A DNA stretch of 6,558 nucleotides from Rotaria socialis (lineage: Eukaryota), in assembly GCA_905331015.1 (NCBI GenBank), contig CAJNXB010001701.1:25443-32000 (forward strand), given 5' to 3'. Both the position numbers and the translations under genes were made by a program. Under the pieces are notes generated by a model that was not told the DNA's origin, searched no databases, and saw nothing but the letters and a program-made list of their open reading frames with translations. Positions 1 through 6,558 of the stretch are shown piece after piece. The number at the start of each line of letters is the position of its first letter. Positions within the stretch are counted from its first letter, which is position 1.

Positions 1-739
1 GGGGTGGGGGGGGTAGATGGCTGCTGGAAACAAGTCATGTATCTATTAGCATTTGCATGTAAGTTCTATCTTTCAGGATAATCGCTGTCAGATTTTCTCC
101 TTGCCGTTTTATCTGTCTTAATCTATATATTTTAGCTGCTGGTTTTGTTTAAAGTTTTGGTATGACTGTCATTATTTTCTTGATTATGAATCGTATTCCT
201 GGTTTATCACTGCGAACAACGATCAACCGTTAAACGGAAGGCATTGACTATGATCAATTCGAAGAATCTACGTATGGTTATATTGCATTACGGCGAGATT
301 TTTATGCTACATTGAATTTGAAATCATCATCGACAAATGAACTTTTGACACAAAGACTAGTTGATAGTGTACGCAATACACAACAACGGAGCGATAAAAA
401 ATTAGTAAACGTGAAACTCTTTTCTGTAATTAGTGAAAGGTGGTGCAATGATTTACCTGTTTGATTATTAAAATTCGAATGTTATTCTATATGTATCGAA
501 AATACGTTGAAATAAAAAAATCTTTTTTGAAATGTATTAAGAACTGAGCTACCATAGATATTTTCCTATGCGGCTGTTGTGTGCGCCCTGTGTGACACTG
601 TTTTTTGAATATTGTTGTGCTTACAGTAGCCTCCACCTTTTGAATATGTGTAAAGAAGGTAAATCGAAATTGGTTGCGACGGTGTATTTTTCTCATTGGA
701 TTGAAAAAATCATTGACTTTGTTGTATCTTTTATTTTTA

Positions 740-1340
740 CACGGGCGTTCAAAAATTAATAATGATTATTATACGATTCATCATGAAATGGGTCATATAG
801 AATATTATATGTCCTACGATAGAAAACAACCATTTGCTTTTCAAGATAGAGCTAATTCAGATTTTCACGAAGCTATTGGAGATTTGTACGATTTATGATT
901 TCTATTCTATTAGTTTCACCTGAACATTTAATAAGATTGGGTTTTCTTGAGGAGACAGTTGTGAATAGACATTATGAAATCAATTTTCTCTTACATGTCA
1001 CTTTGGAAAAAGTTGTTTTTCTACCATTTAGTTATGTTATGCATAAATATCGATTTCTATTGTTTCGTAATCAGACCGATCGCCAAAATGAATTAAATTC
1101 TGTATGGTGGAATCTGCGTATTCAGTATAATGGTATTATGGCACATATACCTCGAAATGAGGAAATTCTTCAATTTCAAGGAATTACAGCACGACTCTGC
1201 CTGTGTGATGTCTATGGCAATAGATATGTTGGTGAAAAATTTAAAGAAATGTTAACTATGGGAAACTCAAAAAGTGGCAAGATGTTTTAGCAAGTTTTAC
1301 ATGGTCAAACATTAGCGTCATCTTGAATAAGTTTCACTAG
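740..1340 (+). pseudogene. ACE: Degenerate fragment of angiotensin-converting enzyme-like peptidase (family M2)
   Basis: Translation KINNDYYTIHHEMGHIEYYMSYDRKQPFAFQDRANSDFHEAIGDL (to ~890) contains HEMGH (782-796) and the downstream FHEAIGD typical of ACE. It continues in another frame as LLVSPEHLIRLGFLEETVVNRHYEINFLLHVTLEKVVFLPFSYVMHKYRF...WWNLRIQYNGI...LCLCDVYGNRYVGEKFKEMLTMGNSK. A further frame change then gives WQDVLASFT. Frame changes and missing conserved blocks (the YIRYF segment and FHEALC) indicate a pseudogene. Confidence 0.88.
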
Positions 1341-1444
1341 GGGACTCAATGACTCATCTATATATATATGACATTCGACACGAAAGATAACGAATTCATT
1401 TCATTTCTGTTGTTTGCCTTTTCTTTTTACAATGAAAACTTTAG

Positions 1445-4400
1445 ATGTCTGAGTATATTAATAATTGCTTTTGTTGTGGCTATTATCTAGTGCGACGATA
1501 TAAACGACTAGTCAATGATATATTTCCACAGAATCCACTAGTAAATAAAATATCATTTAATTTTCTTTTTTTTGCCCTTCATTTGTGTTTATTCATCATC
1601 TATTCATTTACAGCATGGTCTTGATAGAAATAATCTTGAACGTTTACGATTCTATGCTGTTAGAAAACCAGAAAAACTCGATAAAGCATTTCGATATTTG
1701 TGTGAGAAAATATCACGCTATTTAAATAATCGAAATCGACCGTATGTATTTTTTGTTTACTCAATTCAACATAGAAAATCATGCGTTCGATTCTATTTAG
1801 ATATGTAATACTTGGCATTACAGCAATGGATGACATAGTGAAATCATGTTATCAACTATTGAATATATTTGTTGATGATTATTTAGAAACATTACGTCTC
1901 GTACTTGAAGAAAGAGATGATTTAGAATTAATAGAACATGCTGTTGCTTCGGTAGGGTGTTTTGTGATTATTCTCATATTATTTTTTTTTCTTTTGCAAA
2001 GTTTGAGTCATTTTGTGAAATACGCGAAGAAGCACCAAATTATCAAAGAAATTATCAATTTTTCGTCCATCGTTTCACCGCACTTTGTTACTATCATGAT
2101 GAAATGGATAAAAACAAGTACGTAGAGGAACTCTTTTTTTTTAAACAATAACGATATGAAAAACTCAGAAAATATTTCGCTATACCTTGCAATCGAGTAG
2201 CTCGAAATCGTCCGTCAGATTAATAGTAAGCCGCTATTTCGTATACAATATTGTCTTTGGCGAAAATGAATGAGCTTCAATATTCAGCGAAGCGCTAAAG
2301 TATAGATTAGATTGTGGTTTTAAGACTATCAGACGGATAATCTGAAAAAAACAGTCGTTACTAACTTGCTCAGGGTCATTGCATAATGTGTGACTCCAAA
2401 GTATGAACTAACGTAAGTGCGTACCGGGCATCGCAGTCAGTGGAATAGTTTTGAGAGTTTAATACAGGTTTAAACAGCATGACTTACTTTTGTTTTCAAA
2501 ATAAGAACTCGAGAGCACATTTAGGTCGTAGATTCGGTAAACTAGGTGCTTATTTCCTATAAAACAGTCTATTTTCCATGGATGTATCATGTAAATACAC
2601 TCAAGAATACATTACCTCTCGATTAGATTACGATGTCTTGGTCTTCGTGGGCATCATGCACTTTTTCGAAAAACAGCCAATGATGAATTACAAAATGACG
2701 CTTGGAAATATATGGATCAAATCGTGCCATCGATTATATTTAATATGGAAGTGGCAGAACAAAATCAATCACAAGAAGCAACGTATTGACTTTTTGAATC
2801 ATCGTGAAAAAACTTATTTCTTCTTGTTCTATGTTTACAGAACAACAACAGTATCACCGGCCAATGTGATTATAAAAAATGAACAAATGACTAACGAGGA
2901 GACATCGACTTTGGCTGATATAATCTTTCGAGACATCTTTAATCGTGCACACAGTAATACGAATATATCCATATGTGTTCAATTGATTCTTGTGTATGAA
3001 AAACAAAGAAGTGAAATCATTTTTATCTTGTTTATATTTATTCTTCAGTCATTTAGACAAAAACGCAAAATGGATTCCTGGTGATTTCTCTAAATATATT
3101 TTTTCTCGGATAATGAATTCAATTAGAGTAATATTATTTTATTAATTAATTAATTAGAAGAAAAACAAAAACAATCATTATTTGTGTTTAGCACCATAAT
3201 AGTTACGTGGTTACGGATTTACTACTTAATCATCTTGACGATCATCTCAATATACGCGATAGAACAGATATACGAACCTCTATTATGAATGTTATTCATG
3301 ATTGTTTAGTTTTTTCTGCGCCAAATACAGGAGCTGGCAAGAAGAATTCGAAAAACAAAATTTTATTTTAATGCAATTTTTCTGATTCAATAGGAACAAC
3401 AATATTTACTGGAATGTCAAATCTTTTAAATTTTCTAAAGAAATCTTTTCGAATCGAACTTCAGCGCTCTAAAGGATCGCCAAAGTATCCCGATGAACAT
3501 AAATTTCAAGCTGCAGTTATCAGTGGAATAGGTAAGTTATCCGAAGCTCTAACAAATGGGATTTAACATCTGCTATAAAAAATATGCTATTTTTTTTCCA
3601 TTATTTAAAGATGATTTCGCCGAAAATTTACCCGACTTTCAAATGATGGAAATAATACAATGTATTGCCTCGTCCTTGCCAACACTGTATCAAAATACGG
3701 AAGAACATGCAAGCGAGTTCAAGTTTGTCACCACGATTATTTCCATAACAATTATATATTGTTTTCTTTTGTAGTTCAAACTTTAGACTTCAATTACTTC
3801 TACTTAAAACAATACAAAAAGTGCGTACATTGTTTCTATTTCGGGTTTTCATTATATTTGGAAAAAATAGATTATTCTTAAAAAACGTGCTCGGCAAACG
3901 TCTGCTTCGAATTCTCGCGAGGTTTTTTGCGCTTCTCTTTTGCTAATCTTGTGATGCAGTTATTTGATTTTCGATTGACGCGAAATGATGATGACAAGCA
4001 TTTTTCGAATTCAATTTTCGCTTAGATTACAACACAGTATCAATCGGAAAAATCTTCCGAAGCAATATCAACTCTAACAACATTTCCTCATCAATTATTT
4101 GATCCATTAATTAAATTAATAAGTTCGCCTGAAGTAGAATTTCGATTACTTGCACTCGAAATTATTCAGCTACTTGTTGACCGATGGCATTATGCTGATA
4201 GATTATCGAAAATCAGGTTCGTCGAATTTCGATTTACCAAAACAATAATCTCGTTTATTATTCTAGAATATTTCAAGATATTTCTCAGCTTGGTCTACCT
4301 ACTGGCACAAAGCGAAGTCGTCTTTCTGATATTCCTTTTATGAAAAAAGTAGGTTTTTTTCTTGATTTCAAAAACGGAAAATGATTTTCTTTTAGTTCGG

Positions 4401-5745
4401 CCATCAATTTCGTTCTCAACTTTACAAATGCATATTATTCGAGAATAATACAAAGAAGATTTTCTATGCTATCTATTGTCTGATGAATATTGTGACACTT
4501 GAAGCCAATGATCCAGATGTGCTGGTCGATGTAATTCATTTCTGTTTTGAAATTCAAGTAAATAGAATTCAATGGAAAATATCTTTTTATTTTTTTTCCG
4601 AAATAAATTCTAGTCAGTAATAATAAAAATGATGGATGAAGATCAACGAAAATTACCTAAAACTAATTATTATGGTATACACGCATTGATTGCTGCGTAT
4701 TTTAATTTAATGTCAAAATTATACGATATCAATCAGTTTTCTGATCATGTCGACCAAGTAAGTGAAGACATTGCATTCGAACAGATTAGCGGTTGCAGGG
4801 AGGAAAGTTTCGTATTATGTACAATTTGTTTGATTTCTATCTAAATGGCAACCATAGTGCCTAGAGTGTCAGCACTCTGTTGTCAAGAAATCAGAATGCA
4901 TTTTCCTGACACTTTTAGATGCATTAAGGAGTCGATTCATTTTTTTCTTCTAGTTTTTACTTCCGGCATTTATATGCGCTGTATCCCTGAGAATACGAAA
5001 GTGTTGCCACCAGTTTCGGATTCGGTCAAATGATGCGTCATCTTTTATTCTATTGCCATTTAATTAGAGAATGAAGATTAATTTAAAGCAACCATTCAAC
5101 GAAGAAAATAAAAATGGCCATGTACCACTTCGTCAGTCTCTCTGAAAAGAAAAGAATTCTATAGAATTCTTTTCTTTTCATAAAATAGGCGGACTCCTCG
5201 TGTTTTACATTTCAATACGTTTGGGATTCCATGAACAGACTTTTTTCCTATTCAATCTAGGATATTGTCAGTGCCTCTGCGTTGCACTTAAGCCTAGTTC
5301 TACACGGGGCTAGTCGCGCGCTCTGAGTACACTCTTAAACTACTAATTAATGAGAACTCATGATAGTCCTTGTAAGACGTTGTCACTATTCAAAATAACT
5401 TTTACATAATTAATTTTGTTGATGAAAACTCGTAAAAAGTTTTTGACACATTCTATCACTCTAGACTATCATAATTTAGCAATATGTCTTCTCTTTTCTC
5501 CAAAAAATGCACTATTGAAGTTGAAAATGAGAACTTTTTTGTTAATTTTATTTAGGTAATTCGCCATCGTGAACGTCGCACACCCCATCTCTTGCCGCCT
5601 GATGCATACCGATCTGTTTCAAAAGAAAACCTATTAAAATTTATTCCAAAAGAATGTCTATTTACTCAAGAAACAGTTATTCACGCATTAAAATCATCAC
5701 ATTATGATATATCAAGATTTAATCGTACCATTCATTTCGAATCAG
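1445..5745 (+). CDS. EFR3: EFR3 homolog (plasma-membrane PI4-kinase scaffold), spliced, C-terminus not in window
   Basis: Proposed join(1445..1540,1614..1741,1801..1951,2002..2117,2606..2782,2841..2993,3049..3127,3192..3336,3394..3531,3611..3722,3775..3820,4026..4216,4267..4348,4396..4557,4614..4757,5556..5745) = 2110 nt, open throughout with every junction phase-consistent. Diagnostic matches to recalled human EFR3A: VRRYKRLVNDIFPQNP / RPRYKRLVDNIFPEDP; LERLRFYAVRKPEKLDKAFRYLCEKISR / MEKLTFYAVSAPEKLDRIGSYLAERLSR; APNYQRNYQFFVHRFTALC / TPSYHRRYDFFVSRFSAMC; YMDQIVPSIIFNM / HMDKIVPSLLFNM; ENLPDFQMMEII / SNLPDYQRSEIM; IPFMKKFGHQFRSQLYK / TSFMKKNGQQLYR; YYGIHALIAAYFNLMSKL / RCGIMALVAAYLNFVSQM. 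Confidence 0.9.
2118..2605 (+). other. EFR3 intron 4 (488 bp, unusually long for this gene)
   Basis: Donor GTACGT at 2118 and acceptor AAG at 2605. The join restores the frame between ...HDEMDKNK and IHYLSIRLRCLGLRG...KTANDELQ. Confidence 0.7.
3337..3393 (+). other. Putative GC-AG intron (EFR3 intron 8, 57 bp)
   Basis: G|GCAAGA ... TTCAATAG|GA joins APNTGAG and TTIFTGMSNLLNFLKKSFRIEL in phase. No GT donor is available that keeps the conserved segment. Confidence 0.7.
4758..5555 (+). other. EFR3 intron 15 (798 bp, unusually long for this gene)
   Basis: Donor CAA|GTAAGT at 4758 and acceptor TTTATTTAG at 5555. The join gives ...FSDHVDQ-VIRHRERRTPHLLPPDAYRS, aligning with EFR3 ...FCQHVSKVIEIRTMEAPYFLPEHIFRD. 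Confidence 0.8.
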
Positions 5746-5757
5746 GTTTGTTGCTTA

Positions 5758-6210
5758 TTAATTACGAAGAATATTTATATTCGTAATCTCATCATTTAAT
5801 GTCACAACGCGTGAGCGACGTCGTAAAATATTTGGTAACATACGAAATGTTTTACATTGTAAAGTTGCTAATATATGAAATCGATATTTTTCATTGGTTG
5901 ATACATAACAAAATGGTTTCAGTATATGACATAGAAGATAAACATCTTTAAATTGATATGAAAATTGCACATAGGACAATTCATCAATCCAGTAGGGTAT
6001 ATGAGCAAATAGATAAATAAATAACAGAAGATACGATGAACTAATTAAAGTCTGACTATTTTCAACGATTGTTAAATAAGTTAAATAATCGAATGCTTGC
6101 AATGAACGTTGCGTAGTTAGTGCTACATCAGTAGCAATTGAAGTTGTTGCGGATTGATTGAATGGTTGAGAATAATGTATTGAACGACGATTCATATTTT
6201 CATTAGTATT
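5758..6210 (-). CDS. C-terminal exon of a putative rhodopsin-like 7TM GPCR (TM6-TM7-helix 8 region)
   Basis: Minus-strand ORF with two hydrophobic segments (LISSSYLLLFIYLFAHIPYWI and FKDVYLLCHILKPFCYVSTNEKYRF). These resemble TM6 with a C/HxPY-type motif and TM7 with an (N/K)PxxY-type motif (KPFCY), followed by a basic juxtamembrane stretch. A minus-strand acceptor TTTTTTTCAATTTCCAG lies just before 6210, and the stop is at 5758-5760. Confidence 0.5.
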   Translation of the reverse strand, partial: NTNENMNRRSIHYSQPFNQSATTSIATDVALTTQRSLQAFDYLTYLTIVENSQTLISSSYLLLFIYLFAHIPYWIDELSYVQFSYQFKDVYLLCHILKPFCYVSTNEKYRFHILATLQCKTFRMLPNILRRRSRVVTLNDEITNINILRN

Positions 6211-6558
6211 CTGGAAATTGAAAAAAACATAACAAGTCATGACGGATAAATTATTAACGCAGTCGACTGTCCACGACCGTCGCCATGATAACAAGAACAA
6301 TGATTTTTCCTCGTTTTAGAGCTCGGCGATTAAATGCTCAAGGAAATGAATTCTTGCAGTATGGTCCTTGATGGAGTACTCGTACTCTATAATGACTAAC
6401 ATGAAACTTGTAACTTTTCATTATTTTATTTCCGTAACATGGAACAGACTGATTATCTTAAATTTAACTTAGAATGAAAGACTTTTTTGTCTTCTTTTGC
6501 TACTAATTATAATCGAAGAAATGTTCTTCAAGTCTGAAGTTGTGTACGGCGAATCTAT

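Noticed and set aside
487-759. Short overlapping ORFs on both strands (69 aa minus, 63 aa plus)
   Set aside because: Low-complexity Phe/Ile/Lys-rich translations of AT-rich DNA, no recognisable motif, and the sequence abuts a pseudogene.
1990-2125. Apparent frameshift in EFR3: the frame containing SHFVKYA seems to match human NSFVKFA, while NYQRNYQFFVHRF is in another frame
   Set aside because: With intron 3 removed (1952..2001) the phase-correct reading is HAVASFESFCEIREEAPNYQRNYQFFVHRF, which aligns gap-free with the human segment. SHFVKYA is an out-of-frame coincidence.
2578-3084. 168-aa ORF MDVSCKYTQEYITSRLDYDVLVFVG... as a stand-alone novel protein
   Set aside because: The first part is the wrong frame over EFR3 exon 5 (the correct frame gives IRLRCLGLRGHHALFRKTANDELQNDAWKYMDQIVPSIIFNM). 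It then reads through introns, and only the middle (TTTVSPAN...NTNISICVQLIL) is true coding sequence.
3131-3156. TTAATTAATTAATTA palindromic repeat as a regulatory or CRISPR-like repeat
   Set aside because: Short simple-sequence tract inside a 64 bp AT-rich intron, most easily explained by composition.
3660-3881. 72-aa ORF MYCLVLANTVSKYG... as a gene
   Set aside because: It runs out of frame across EFR3 exons 10 and 11 and their introns. The phase-correct exon 11 reads SNFRLQLLLLKTIQK, matching EFR3.
4629-5033. ORFs extending through 4758-5033 as additional EFR3 coding sequence or a small gene
   Set aside because: After 4757 there is a strong GTAAGT donor, and EFR3 homology resumes only at 5556. 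The peptide MATIVPRVSALCCQEIRM... shows no recognisable domain.
6374-6387. GAGTAC-TC-GTACTC inverted repeat as an operator or terminator
   Set aside because: Only a 6-bp stem with a 2-nt loop, no adjacent supporting element, and prokaryotic-style operators or terminators are not expected here.
1-6558. Bacterial defence system, mobile element ORFs (transposase/reverse transcriptase), tRNA/rRNA or CRISPR array
   Set aside because: No such motifs were found on either strand. The coding content is spliced eukaryotic genes.

Overview
This looks like eukaryotic (invertebrate) nuclear DNA. AT-rich composition, very short introns and divergent protein families suggest a bdelloid-rotifer-like genome, but that taxonomic guess is inference. 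No bacterial, phage or CRISPR-type system is visible. Three coding entities can be supported. (1) A decayed fragment of an angiotensin-converting-enzyme-like peptidase (family M2) lies at ~740-1340 on the + strand. It keeps the HEMGH zinc motif but has frameshifts and missing blocks. (2) The main feature is a spliced EFR3 homolog (plasma-membrane scaffold for PI4-kinase) on the + strand. I reconstruct 16 phase-consistent exons from 1445 to 5745 (2110 nt, ~703 aa), and the C-terminal end is outside the window or lost. The supplied ORF track breaks this gene into pieces, several of them in the wrong frame. (3) The C-terminal part of a probable rhodopsin-like 7TM receptor lies on the - strand (6210-5758). 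It starts 12 bp past the last EFR3 exon, so it is either nested antisense in an EFR3 intron or convergent with a truncated EFR3. Other points of interest are an apparent GC-AG intron, two expanded introns (488 and 798 bp against a typical 47-79 bp), and a splice-acceptor-like TTTAG immediately before the EFR3 start codon. All homology calls come from recalled family sequences, not from a search.
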